Assembly (NCBI GenBank): GCA_013239625.1
Contig: MU053594.1
Location: 1,678,127 to 1,742,126 of the forward strand
Reading direction: 5' to 3'
Source: Lama guanicoe
Lineage: Eukaryota
Length of the DNA stretch: 64,000 bases
In this document: positions 23,881 through 37,082 of the stretch, in pieces
Layout: every line of letters starts with the position of its first letter
Position numbering within the stretch: the first letter of the stretch is position 1
The notes under the pieces: generated by a model
Told to the model about the DNA's origin: nothing
Database searches by the model: none
Seen by the model: only the letters and a program-made list of their open reading frames with translations
Program-made: the position numbers and the translations under genes

Positions 23881-25204
23881 CTCTTAAAGTATAAAAGTCA
23901 AATTGATATTCAAGGCTCTCTAGGCTGTCCCCATCATGTATTTCCAAGCTAACTTCCCACTACTCTCTCACACTGCATCACCATTCTATTAAGACCAATT
24001 TACTCACTGTATCCCAAATACACTTTGTACATTCCCACCCTAGAAACCTTACTTACAAAATGTTACCCTTTCAGTATTTTTTCTCTCTTTTCTCCTGAAT
24101 TCTAAGCCACCATCCTTCCTACCCCATCACTTAAGTACCATTCAGGACTCACCTCCTCCACTAAGCTTTTCCAAACCTCACCACCCCATAATAATTTTTT
24201 TCCTTTTCTAAATTAGTATTAATCATTTGGTATTTAAAAGTCATCAGGATATAAAATCTGAGAACAAGCAGAAGCAACTTCAGAAAACCTCTGTCCGAGC
24301 ATTCATTTTACGGGTAAAGAAACTAAGGTTCTGAGATCAAAGTGACACAATTGAGCAGCAAAGGCCCGAGGACTAGAACTCAAGCCTCAAAACCTTCAGT
24401 CATTCAATTCTAAAAATATTTACCAAGTGTCCATTATGTATAAGACACTATAAAAATCTCAGCAGTTTCTACGAATATGCCATCCATTAATTTAATCAAT
24501 GAAAACTTATTGAGTACTATTCACCAGATACTCTTAGAATAATTTTGACCACAAGATACTGGGGTAGTGAAAAACCAAAACGGTAGAGCAGTAAGCACAA
24601 TATACCTTGATAAGGTCTCTGAGGGCAGGTTCTGTGGAGACTTAGAACAAATGAGCTATATATCCTGTCTTTGGTCCTTCAGTCACTCATTCATTCCCTA
24701 AATGGACAGACAGGTAGGTAGACAGAATTCTCACTTTCCTAAAGAGAGCAAGCAGGAAAAACATGTTCTCTTGAAGCAACTCATGAACACCTGCATGACA
24801 TTTGTGGGATTTTAAGACATAAAGTAACTTAACAAGTTACAGCTATCCTACCTTTCAGGTAATCAATACAAAACATACATGAATAAGTAACATTAAAGTT
24901 GTGTTGATAACTAAAACACATTCACATTTAATCAAGTGGGCATTGTATCATTGTCAAAATTTACCATAAAATTCCTGCAGTTAGTAACTCTCCAAAATAT
25001 AAGTGTACTTGCTCCTTTGAAAACTGCGTTACTATGGTAATCACGGCACACGTCCTTTTACTATTTTCAGGCAGCAACAGTCTAAGAATCCACTGTGTAC
25101 TAGCTGCCATGTGGAGAGAAAAATAAAGCCCTATATTTAAGAAGTTTAGAACACAAATCAGAACACGAGAGAACACAGTTCTTTGTGCAAAGAAAGCAAA
25201 TACA

Positions 25205-25420
25205 AAAACTACCATATGGCATCACTCATATGTGGAATCTAAAAAAAAAAAGGGAAAAAAAGGACACTATGAACTCACCTACAAAACAGAAATAGACTCA
25301 CAGACATAGGAAACAGTCTTACGGTTACCGGGGAAAGAGGGTGGGAAGCAATAAATTTGGGAGTTTGAGATTTGCAAATGTTAGCTACAATATATAAAAA
25401 CAGATTTAAGAAAAAAACAT
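25205..25420 (+). mobile_element. L1 3' UTR fragment
   Basis: atcactcatatgtggaatctaaaa...gactcacagacata. Confidence 0.7.
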
Positions 25421-25931
25421 TTTTGTGGATTGGGGCATGAGGAAAAGATATCAGAGATGAATGCCAAACATATAGTTAACTTAGGCAGCTAAGTTTAATA
25501 ATCAGAACAAAAGGGGATTAATTAGGAAAAACTTTATACAAGAGACACATTACAGAGTTACATAGTCTTTTTGTGTTGATTATTTTAACACTGTTTAATA
25601 CCTGTGATTATTCTTCAGTCTTCTGAGTTTAAATTGTTCAGGTAGCCATAAGGTCTGGAAACAAAGTTTACTGATATTCCACGACACGTTCAACGTGCTA
25701 TTCCTCATGAGTGGTTCACAGTCCAATTAGCTGTGCAAATTTGTAATGAACAATGTGCACTAAAGCAGCATCTCCATCAATCCTTGTACCTCCATCTACA
25801 ATGCGATGTCTGTCTAATTTTCACTGAATCTACTTGCACCTTTTGCATATCCTGGAAGAAGTGATCAAGGGAGCTCAATATACTAAGAAATATATATTGT
25901 CTATGTTTCCAGACTTCGTGGTCATTTGCAC

Positions 25932-25937
25932 TTTATT
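25932..25937 (-). terminator. Candidate polyadenylation signal of PTS
   Basis: AATAAA on the minus strand ~385 nt after the stop codon. Confidence 0.55.
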
Positions 25938-26321
25938 TTGTACAAGATTCACCTACTGTAAGTCTTATTATATTTTTGCTATTTATATTATACCGAGAAA
26001 AAAATGAACACTAAAAAGGAGATAATGGACAAACAAAAGTAGATTTCTTTTGCTTTCAAATAATTCTACACCAAAACATTTTGCTGAAGTGATTTTAATC
26101 TATAGATTAAAAAACTCTTTAAATGATACTCAGAATACATCACAAATTTGGTTTTAAAATGGATTTGAATTTAAAACAGATCTTACTCACAATGATTTCA
26201 ATAAATCAAGTCCCCCAGAATCCAATGTGGAGGCGAAACAATTATCCAAGGGGATGAGGGGGATAAAGATCTTCAAATGTGGAAAGAAATTAAATTTTTC
26301 TGTAGTAGTAACCTCTAGGAG

Positions 26322-26445
26322 CTATTCTCCTTTATAGACTACAATATTATTGTCCGTTTCATATACTTTGACTTTGTAAAGAACTCCCACAGGAAGAAAT
26401 TTCTGGAGGTTTTCCCAGATATATACAGCTACATTTTCTGTCGTG
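26322..26445 (-). CDS. PTS: PTS exon 6
   Basis: [15 protein letters not shown]...[13 protein letters not shown]; cag acceptor. Confidence 0.97.
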
Positions 26446-26638
26446 CTGTAGAAGAGAAGGAAAGAAGGTCAAAAGGCAAATAAACAAAACTTCATGTTTA
26501 ATATTTACAGAGAAAAGAAACTCGAGTTTTAAAAGATATCATCAGACGCGAACTCAAGAAATTACACAATAATCAGATCAAACGTTAAAACCAATTCTTC
26601 TTTCTTTCTATTTATATATGGTAGAAACAGTCACTCAC

Positions 26639-26709
26639 CTTACAACATCTGCAAAGTATGGCACATCCAGATCCAGATTCTTATGGTCAAGGGGCTTCAT
26701 AATTGCCTC
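26639..26709 (-). CDS. PTS: PTS exon 5
   Basis: EAIMKPLDHKNLDLDVPYFADVV; AG/GT boundaries. Confidence 0.97.
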
Positions 26710-27389
26710 CTACAAAGGAGGAATATCACTGATTCATTTCGTGACTCATATTCCAAAGGGTTCTGCCTTTGTCTCTAAACTTTACCTTATCATTTAGCCA
26801 CTAAATACTTGGAAGCGCTCTGTGTCTTACAAAGCAATCTCAGAAAGTTTAAAGCTGTGAAACAAAAAAAAAAAGCAAAACAAAAGTAAGGCCTAGCTCT
26901 CATAATGACTAGAGAGCCTCATTACTAAATGCAAAGTGGTAAGAAACCAAAAAAATAGAGAATTCACTGGAGCTTTCTCATAACAAGCCGTGGTGATTCA
27001 GAATTCAGTCTAACACTTCTTGAACTCTGTTCAAAATGTTACCAGAAAAACTTCTTCCTAACAGTCTCAGCACAATGCCACAATGTCATTAGGACAAACA
27101 TCCAGTGAGTGCTACATCTTATAAAGCACTCACTGCTTTATTATAAAGATTAAGACTGAAATTATGTAAGTAGTTCCAAATTTCTGTAAGGAGTAATCTA
27201 AGAATGATCTTGGGCTCTTTCAAGAAAAAATATAAACATGCAAAGAGTACTGTGTCCTAATACTTACATACACTAAACAATGTTTTCCTTTGTCAAAGAC
27301 AAGAACTGTAATTGCCTTGTTCTGCGTATGCATTTACTTTCAGCTATTGCAAAAAAATCTAAGCAATCTGAAGAGTACAATAAACTAGT

Positions 27390-27665
27390 GAGTTTACAAA
27401 AAAGAAAGACTCACAGACATAGAGAACAAACTGCTAACCAGTGGGGAGGGACGGGGAGAGGGCAATACAGGGGTAGGGGGCTAAACAATACAAACAATTA
27501 TGTATAAAATAAGCTACAAAGATATACTGTATGACACGGGGAATACAGCCAATCTTTTATAATAACTATAAATGGAGTACAAACTTTAAAAACTGTGACT
27601 TACTATATCATATACCTGTAACCTATATAATATTGTACATCAACTAAACCTACATTAAAAAAAAT
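27390..27665 (+). mobile_element. L1 3' end in PTS intron 4
   Basis: gactcacagacatagagaacaaact...tattgtacatcaacta followed by an A tail. Confidence 0.75.
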
Positions 27666-29182
27666 CTAAGCATTTGTGAAACAATCTAATTTTCCATGTG
27701 GTATGGTTTCAAGAAGCGTACATTAATAATAGCAATCATTTTTGAGCAAAATTAGAAACATACAAAAAGAGTAAGTCCTAAACCCAAACAACTTTTAAAA
27801 TAGATCAAATGAAAATATATATCAAATATTTTAAAACAGAAAAAGAGTACGTCCTAAACCAAACAACTCTCAAAATAAATCAAATGATATCCATATGGGT
27901 ACCCGGAAAATAAATCTTGGTTTTATCTTCAATTCCAGTTCAAATCCCAAGTTTTCCATTGCAGTCTCTTCTGCAGGGCTCTCATTCGACTCTGCATGCC
28001 ATGAGCCTCTTTTACTGAGCGGAGTGTGTAGTGCCCTTCAGGTGTGCAAAGGGGGGAAAGTGCAGAGAGCTCCTCCTGCAGTATTTCACTGTATGCCTTC
28101 TTAGGACATCTCTTATTTCTCACACTGTTCTTGTATTATACAACACTCTGTGTATACACAGTTTGTGTCCCTAGTAAATACAAGAACTCTGTCTTCATAG
28201 CTTTCCTAACGTACTCTGAGCACAGCACTGTTTGTTCATTCACTCATTCTGTTATTCATTTATTCAACAAACACTTACTGAGCACTTACTGGTCTTTACC
28301 TCCTAGAAAAGGTCACGTGCGCACTACGTGGCTAAGAGCTATGTCTCATTCATCGCTGTATTCCTAATAGTTCAAAGACGGGTGCAAAGTAGGCAAACTT
28401 GTTGAATATTCGGATGATAAGTAACATGAAAGAAGCGATGATTATTAATAACAGCATCTTTGTGAAACAAATGTCAAATTTTAGAACAAAAGGAAGGAGC
28501 AAAGCTGAAGCGAAATAAACAGGCGAAATAATGGCACCATGAAAACTAAACCATATGGAAGGAAACCTAACCCCAGCTTTGTCAAGGACTAACCACATGA
28601 CCTAGGGCAAGTCGGCTGGCTAACTGTTCAGCATCTCTCAGTCTTAATCTACGGAATGTAGAAGCTGGCTTAGATAGCCTCTGAGCTCTCTTTCAACACA
28701 AGAATTCTGAATGGCCCAATCAGTCAGTCCTTTACTGAGCACTTTCTTCTGTGTTATCCCTACGATGAACTGCCCCAGTGAGTTTATATTAAAGCTAGAG
28801 TGAGTAAAACAGGGTAGTATTAAAGTCTGCGATTAAAGGCGTCAGGAAAACTCACAGAAGGAATAGAGAGCTTCGAGGAGAAAGCTGTGTCTTGAAAGAA
28901 GGGCAGAATTTGTTAAATGGAGGAAACCAGGATATGCCAACAAAGAAGACAAGATGAGAATTCTTCCTTTATTCCCATCATTGAAATACAACCGTGAGTC
29001 ATTTCCACTAAGTCATCCAAACACCTTTAGGAGAACACTGAGCGTTCTTCCAACTACCACCACACTCCCACACCCAATTCCACTTGTGGGGGCACAGGAC
29101 CTCTGGTCAGGGAAGCAAAAAGGGGGCAATTAAATATTACATTTAGAAGACAGCACATAATAAGCATTCAACATGCCATTAC

Positions 29183-29239
29183 CTCCATATGCTCTTTGAG
29201 GTCAGTCAAATTCATAACCATTCCTGTAACAGGATCAAT
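29183..29239 (-). CDS. PTS: PTS exon 4
   Basis: IDPVTGMVMNLTDLKEHME; AG/GT boundaries. Confidence 0.97.
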
Positions 29240-29619
29240 CTAAAGAATAAACAAAGGTGAGCATTACTATAATATGCTCTTCATACTTAAACCTCTGGTA
29301 AATTATTGAAGGCTGCACAATGTGCAGAAATCGTGCCCACATTTGCCTTCATTCCCCGAGACACTCCATCTCAGCATGGAAACACCAAGGACTCTCGGCA
29401 TCCTTGCCACTGTCCTGCTTTTCTGCCTGTCCACATACAGCACATTAAAGATGACACTTTGGGAGAGAAAAGGCTGAAATGGCAGCAGCTCACCATACAC
29501 AATGACCAACAATGAAGCCAAACTGATTAGAACAGAATTTTTCAACACAGAATCCATCACGTTGGCTGAAAGAGGGCCCAGCAATCTGCACAAACCACAT
29601 GGACATTCTCAGCACGTAC

Positions 29620-29642
29620 CTCTCCATGGACTGTCACCACAA
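29620..29642 (-). CDS. PTS: PTS exon 3 (23 nt)
   Basis: TTGTGGTGACAGTCCATGGAGAG; AG/GT boundaries. Confidence 0.95.
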
Positions 29643-30787
29643 CTATGGGGAAGAAAACAAAATACCAAAAAACCAACATGACTTTCAACAGATAACATCC
29701 AAACACAAGTTAGCAACATAAATTAAGTATTAGATCTCTGCCCCACAAAGCTGTATTTTCCCCCAGAACATCTGTTCTTTTAGCTAAGAATTTTTTTATC
29801 AACTAAAGCAAGACTCGACCAAGGCAGAGGAACTTAAGAGGAGCTTAGCCAAGGCCAAAAAGGGTATAAGTTCTGCTTAATGATGCTGATGCACTTGGTC
29901 ACTGCCTGTAACAGTAAAATATGCACAGGAAGAAATCCAGCTACACAGTGAGCTGGTCCAATGCTGGGCAGTGCCTTTTTGAGCAAGCAAAACTACTCCT
30001 GGGTCTAAAATTCTTACCCCTTTTACTCATGTGAACGTAAGCACAGTTTAGAGTCATGCTTTGCAGAAGAACAACTACTTGTATGAAGCTTTTGAAAATG
30101 CCTGATGATCAGAGTGCCTTACAAATTAATGACTTTTATATATGTGTATTTTTAGCTCCATACAAACACCATTAGGTACTAACATAAGAGAGCAAACTGA
30201 GAGAGGTATCATAGGTCAAGTAAGAGGCAGTAACTAAACCAGAACTCTCAGTCTTCTGACATCTTTTCTGGTCTTTTTACTCCAACATCCCATATGCTGT
30301 GATGCCCCATGGCTTACATATCTGTTTTCCGAGATATTATCTCTATCTCGAATGATCAAGTCTCTTGCATAATTTAATTACTGTCTTGGAACACCACTGG
30401 CAAAGTTTTAGACCCCACTTATTTTCCTGCCATACAGCATATTCTGAGTCAATATTCCCCTTTTGTCAGTCATTATTACTCAAAGATACAATCTAATGTT
30501 AACATTAGCCTCAGCAATACCTAATTAGAAGGAAACACGGTGCCAAAAGAATGTCACTATGTACTCCAAAGCTGTGGAAAAAGTTATTTAAACCATTCAC
30601 TGTTTTGGACTATCTGTAACAGCAGGCAAATGCAAAGCAAAACTTGATACATCCAACCAAGGTAACAGATCTTTTCATTTTGAACTTCCATTTAATTTCT
30701 CATTCAAGGCTCAAAGAATTCATGTTCTGTCCCTAATGTTTCTTATTCACTAAGACTATATTTACTGAACACTTTCATCATCACTCA

Positions 30788-30952
<165 letters not shown>

Positions 30953-32119
30953 TCACTTTCTCTGTTCCCTACACTTGCTTGCTCTAGCCTCTGAAAAACT
31001 TCACAATTTATTACTCTTTAGCTCAACAAATGGAGAGTCATAAATGAATTTGATTTCATCACTCAACTTTATGTCAGGAAACAGTGTTATGTCCCCTAAT
31101 TAAACTTCTATATCATACAAATTAGCATATTAACTCAACATCCCTGTTCCACAGCAAGACCCCAACAACTGACCCACTCAAGGCCCTTCCATTTTCAACA
31201 CAACATTCACTGAGTACCTACACACATTCTAGGCACCGGCTGAATGAATCAAAGGCTCATGGTGATAAAAAGATGCCTGTCCTCAAGCGGCCTAAAAAAT
31301 CTCATTCCTCCTGAAAAATAATTACAGGACCTAGTATGTCTCTTCTTTAAAATCTTGCTTTAATATCCCTCAACTACTGCCTACTGATAACTTCACCAAT
31401 CCATTGAGAGGTATTCAAACTAGGTGAAACAGTAAAATTACAATACTGAGCTGCTGTTCCAAGCAGAGAACAATTTTCTTAATAGGTTTTTGCACGTATA
31501 GCTGCCCAACCAACTGTGCAACTTCAATGAGGCCTTTCCACCCTCACATATTTGAGCTTCCCATTAAATAACCCCTTTCTTTTTGAGACTCTCTTGATTA
31601 TTTTCCTCACTTTTTCCTGCTCATCCACTTCTTACGTTTAGAGTGTTAAGTTTGGAAAGCGTTTACACAAAATTATCTCACTGTACCCTCCACAAAACTG
31701 GCCAGTCTGTACATTTCAGACGGAAGGCTCTGGCAGACCTTGATCCCTGCATCCCTGTTACCTGTTACCTAGTACAGGACCTGACAAACACCTGCCAGTG
31801 AATGAATGGATGAATCTTGCTCGGTGGGAATTAACTTCATTTTACAGACGGGGAAACATGTTCAGAGAGTGGAGCTTGCTAATGAGTGGCAAAACTCTCC
31901 TCAATACCAGCTCTTGAATGCGATCAAGCAGTCTGAGTACTCCGAGTTCAAATCCCAGCTGTGCTGCCTGCTCTCTGGAAAATGAACACCTGGGCTCATT
32001 TTCTCCTGGGTAGAAAGTGGACAAACCTCGCCTTGCTGAGACTGTATCAGTCACGGTGGCTAACGCTCCTGACATGTAACAGTATTTACGTGTACCGAGT
32101 GTTTACCATGTGCCTGGCA

Positions 32120-32670
32120 CTGCGTAACCGGGGCGAGCTAAGGCTCCGCGGCCGAGCCCCCTCCTCGGCAGGCACCCCCGCCCCGGCCGCACCCGGGCCC
32201 CGCCCCGCGGCTCGAAGGTCCCGCCCCCACCACTGTCACGTGGGCACAACCCACCTGTGGAGCCGATGGCTCGCGCTGAAGGAGACCAGGCGGGACACCC
32301 GCGCCCGGCGGCGAGGCCCCGAGCCCGCCGCGCTCATTGCTTCGCAGGCCGCGAGCCCAGTCAGCGCCTCCTCCATCCGCCCGCGGCTCCTCCTCGGCTG
32401 CGCAGTGCGGGCAGCGCCGGCCGGAAGCGCTCCCCGCTTCACTCTATGGCCGAGCTCCCTCTGCCGGCCGGAGGCCGTAACAGGCGTCCCTTCTACCGCA
32501 GTCTCTTCGGAGAGCAAGATCTCAGAGAGCTGTGCATGCCTCAGAGCGGCCAGGTAAGGTGGGTGGGGTCTTTTTATGTCCGCTAAACCTGAGGCCATGT
32601 CACGCGGTTAGGGTGAGCCTGGTTGGGCCTGCTTTGGGTCCGAGAGGAACCTCGTTGAGCCGCCTCTCCC
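32120..32670. promoter_or_regulatory. CpG island / PTS promoter
   Basis: High GC and CpG density; ETS-type CCGGAAG at 32421; GC boxes. Confidence 0.85.
32255..32337 (-). CDS. PTS: PTS exon 1
   Basis: MSAAGSGPRRRARVSRLVSFSASHRLH; donor AG|gtgggt. Confidence 0.95.
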
Positions 32671-32920
32671 TCTCTCTTCTAGAAAACCCTGGGTTACAAT
32701 AGAAACCTCCAGTAACTTCCCTGATTACTCCCGGGGCCCAGTCTACTTACAGCTTAAAGGGAGCAGAAATTTGAGGGCACGTGTAGGACCACGTGACTTT
32801 CACAGACGCTACCACCTTTGGACTGTCCACAATGAAATTCTCAAGCTGTTTTTAGCCACATGCATGCAAGGGCCCGTTTATCACTTTGTGTTGCCACAGG
32901 GTAAACACATGCACCCGTAA

Positions 32921-32988
32921 ACACACACACACACACGTTTCCAGTGCACCGTGTCGCCTCCTGCAATATTCTCCTACACCCCCCCACG

Positions 32989-33027
<39 letters not shown>

Positions 33028-33062
33028 CCAGTGCACCGTGTCGCCTCCTGCAATATTCTCCT
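32921..33062. repeat. Two-unit tandem duplication: (CA)n plus a 40-bp identical core
   Basis: cgtttccagtgcaccgtgtcgcctcctgcaatattctcct at 32936-32975 and 33023-33062. Confidence 0.9.
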
Positions 33063-33456
33063 CCCCCCACCCCGGGCTGTAAAAAAAGAACTTCGAATAA
33101 TTATAAACCAGAAATTTCTGAAATAGAGACTCTAAATCTAGTTCAGTCCTCTCACTTTAAAGAAAACACAGGCCCAGATAAGTGAATTTACCCAAGATCA
33201 CTTACAATATAAACAATGTTTCCCAGGCATTGACTGCATCAGAGATGAATACTCTAGTGTTTACACAAATACTTCATTTGTTCCTAAAACAGTTTAAACA
33301 ATCAAAATAAAGGGTAAAAAGTGGAAAGAATTTCTGAGAAATTGATTTACTTCTTTGCTTCAATAAAATACGTAATTGCATTTGCAGAGTTCTTGTTCTA
33401 TTTTGTTGAAGCTAATTCTGTATAAAGGTACTCACCAAATTCACTCTCGGTCATCC

Positions 33457-33590
33457 TGTTATGGATTGAATTGAGTCCCCCCAAAGTTAAATGGTTGAAG
33501 TCCCGACTCCCAGTACTTCAGAATATGGCTTTATTTGGAAATTGTGTCTTTGCAGATGTAATTAAGGTCACTAGGGTGCACCCTAATTCC
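33457..33590 (+). mobile_element. MLT1-type (ERVL-MaLR) LTR 5' fragment
   Basis: tgttatggattgaattg...tttggaaat..gtctttgcagatgtaattaag. Confidence 0.65.
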
Positions 33591-35114
33591 TTTTCCCCTC
33601 ACTTGTGCACTTTATACACCCTTTCCTTGAGTATCTGGACACTGTCCAGTGATGAGTTGGAGTTAGGGAGAGGAAGAGGCCCTGCCTAGGCTTTGAGTTC
33701 ATTCAATTTCCAGAACTTTCTACACTGGATTACCAGCCATATTCACCTAGATTATAAAATATCTGTGTACCTCTCAGATGTCAACTGGAGTTTCCTTCAC
33801 CCACCAGAAAAGATCTGAATCAAACTTTCATGTCTCATCTCAGGGAGGGAGGAGAGGGCGCAAGTGCAATGCCTTTTCGAAGCCTTCTGTGAAGTAACGG
33901 GAGATTTATGGTCTGTGGTTGTCTCAGCCTCTGAGCTCCCACATCCACTGTATTCATTCCATTTAGACATCTTCCTGCCATTCCGTATCTATTGCTGTTG
34001 TTCTGTGACTCACCAACCCAGCCACAAAACTCAGAGCTTTTACTTTATGGCCACAAGGTAAACCCCAGCATGTGGCATCTGTATGTATGGGACACTTCAC
34101 TAAAGAGAACAGGGTCTGCGTCATTTATAAAACTCTGAAGGAAAACTGAGAAGTCATTGTGTTGCTCTACAACTGTGCAGTGAGCCTAATGCGTTCACAT
34201 TGCCCCAAACTACACGTCTGGGGCGCCCCTCCAGCCACACTCAACAGGCACATAGAGATGCACAGTTTAACTGGCCCCGGGTGGGAGTTCAGCAGAAGAA
34301 AGGAGTGTAACTGAAGGAAAAGGGGACAAGGGATCTTATCATGTGGCTTAAGTGACAGATCTTGGCTGGTCTGGACTGTTGGTAAAAATGATGGGGATGT
34401 AGAGATGTGGAGATTAGAAGGTCTAGATGCCACCTGCTGCCCAACTAGATGAAGAACTATCAACTGCTCCTCAATCTCTGAAGAACTCTAAGGCTGGAGA
34501 TTTGAAGAAATGCCTGATGTTAAACAACGCCCCTCCAGACAGCACCCTCCCAAGGCTAATCTGGGGTGGAAAGGGATGTGGTAGCGGGTGGTTCAACTGC
34601 AGTGGCACCTGCTGTGGAAGCAGAGGAACAGCCAGTTTAGAAGAAGCCTCCAAGCATGACATAGCTGGCTTCCTGTTCTCTGTGATACCTTAGGACCACT
34701 GCCAACAGGCAGGCTGTCATGGAATAAACAAAGGGTTTTTCAGACAATGTTCTACCACCTATGGTTGTGTGTATTTCTTCTCCCAAGTATGGGAACCTCT
34801 GTCACCACCTATCTGGTGGTGATAATGACCTAGTTCTAGTTTTTCTTTCATGTGTTCTTATTACCTAGAGGAAGATATATCCAGTAAATATATATTTAAA
34901 ATTCTCTTCAAAGGTTGTATCAACACTTGCTTAATGTTTTCAAGGAAGATCTCTAAGAAAATATAAAGCCATAATGATTTCATGAATCCCGTTTTTAATA
35001 GAAATTTTAAAACTAGATGTCTAAGGTTGGGATGGTAAGGTGCACCTTTTGCTTTCGCTTTTGTACAGAGCACATTTATTTCAAACCTAGTTCCCAGACC
35101 TTGTGGTGGTTCCA

Positions 35115-35228
35115 TCAGATGGTTACGAAGGAGCCATGGAACCCATAAGGCATTTGCACAGGCACCTCCGCTCGGCCCAGTTCTTCAAAGTTCTTGGCAT
35201 CCAAGACTAAGAGGAAATTACTTTCATT
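35115..35228 (-). CDS. BCO2: BCO2 exon 12
   Basis: [37 protein letters not shown]. Confidence 0.97.
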   Translation of the reverse strand, partial: NESNFLLVLDAKNFEELGRAEVPVQMPYGFHGSFVTI

Positions 35229-36317
35229 CTAGAGAAGGAAAGACAATAGAAGATAATTTTTTTCCCATCAAAAATCTTTCTCCCCCACGGGGCTGTAAAA
35301 CTCCTAAGGAAGAGACCATGTCTTATTGATCTTCATATCTATACCCAGCACCTAGCACAGTGCCATGCCTAGTCATTCACTGAACGTCTGCAGAATGATA
35401 AACTGGAATGAAAAGGAAATTATGGCTGAAGAAGTTCCTATCTAGAGTGAAGAAACTAAGTTGTTTATATCAATCACCTTCATAGTATCTCTTTGGGTTT
35501 AAGGATCCATGCCCCTTTTCAATCTCCTAAGAGACCTAAAAATTCTTTCTTTCAAAATAGAAATGCCTCTATTTTTTGTTAATCTGGATCTATTCAAAAA
35601 GAAGCAGTGAAAAGCAGACTGAGATTTGCCCTGGTCTAATTACAGGAGTGGCACATACATGGTATGAGGACTAAGTCCTCCTAAGTCCATGGCAGACATT
35701 ACTAATTGATAACAGCACTTTTCTCCCCCACACCTTAAAAAGCCTCAGAATCCTACACCCCAGGCAGCCACTATTAATTGATCAGAGCTGGTACTCAAAG
35801 TGAACCTATTTGTTCTAGATGAGAAGTTAGATTGATCCACATTATTGACGCACTAGGTCAGGGTCTACCACATTCGATTTTTGGGTCACTCAGTTAAAAT
35901 CAGCAGCACAGATGGTGAAATGAAATATTAGACCAGAATTCAGGAGATTGAGATTTAAATACTGGCTTTACCACTATGAGGTCTAATGCAAGTCTCTTTC
36001 AACTTCCTTAAGCTACAGATTTCACATGTGTAAAATGGTATCTCAGAAATCTATTTTGATGACTAAATAAGATAATTTGTGTGAAAGTAGTTTGTAAATA
36101 AATTCCTATGCAAATGTAAATTATTATTATGGTTCTACAAATACAACTTTAAAACAGTATTACAGTATGAATTATGATAAAAGGGTATATAAATAATAAG
36201 GAGAGGAAGAAAAGGGAAAAGGTGCCATATTGGAATCAAAATAAACTATCAACAGCATCACTACATATAACCCTCAAAGGCTCTTTTCTTTTTGACTAGT
36301 GACAGAAATATGTTTAC

Positions 36318-36428
36318 CTGGTTGGGGGTGATCACCACAGAAAGAATAACCCCACCATCTTCTTCGCTCGTTCCTGGTACTGGAACAAAAACAGGTTCTG
36401 AGGGATAAAAGCCAACTTCTCTCCAAAC
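36318..36428 (-). CDS. BCO2: BCO2 exon 11
   Basis: [37 protein letters not shown]. Confidence 0.97.
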
Positions 36429-36899
36429 CTGTAAGTCACCAAAAAAAAAAAGGATTTGATAAAAGACTAGTTATGAGCTGGAAATTTTCTACAGCTTTTG
36501 TCACTCCCAGCGTGAATCTGACTGTCAGCCTAACAGTCCAGCAGTAGAAGAATCAGGCTTACTGACTTGAATACAGGAGAGGGAGCTCTTGCAGCTGCAT
36601 CACCAAGCACAACTGGTGTAATTATAATTTCCCATCAACCTTAAATAGATGTGTCCCATGATTTCTCTCAAAGTACCATCAAGCATAGAATTATTCTTCT
36701 GGGCTTGTGGTTCATTTAGATTCCCTACAGGGAATAAACCCTAACCTACGTGACTCTGTGGTTCTTAAACTTAATAAAAGTAAGTGGCTGAGCTGCTTAA
36801 ATATTAAAGAATCTCAATACCTACCTTAAACAAAACAAATTAATTCTACAGGCAGAGCAGGTTTTGTACAAGTTCAGAAAAGAAAGAGATTTTCATTAC

Positions 36900-37082
36900 C
36901 TTCAGTGTCTTGTTCACCACATCAACCTTGATCAGAGAATCCCCCACCAAATGCCGAAAGCCACATCCATAGAAGAAATGATACTTTTTGCCACTGAACT
37001 GGCCATAGTTGATCTGGGGAAATTCAACACCTCCTTCCTCTTCTAGGTCCTCGGGATACAGATTTTCATAAGAGCACCAAAT
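36900..37082 (-). CDS. BCO2: BCO2 exon 10
   Basis: IWCSYENL...EFPQINY...[15 protein letters not shown]. Confidence 0.97.

Noticed and set aside
31961..32586. 198-aa and 109-aa plus-strand ORFs over the CpG island
   Set aside because: GC-rich, stop-poor antisense frames of PTS exon 1 with non-ATG starts and no recognisable domain
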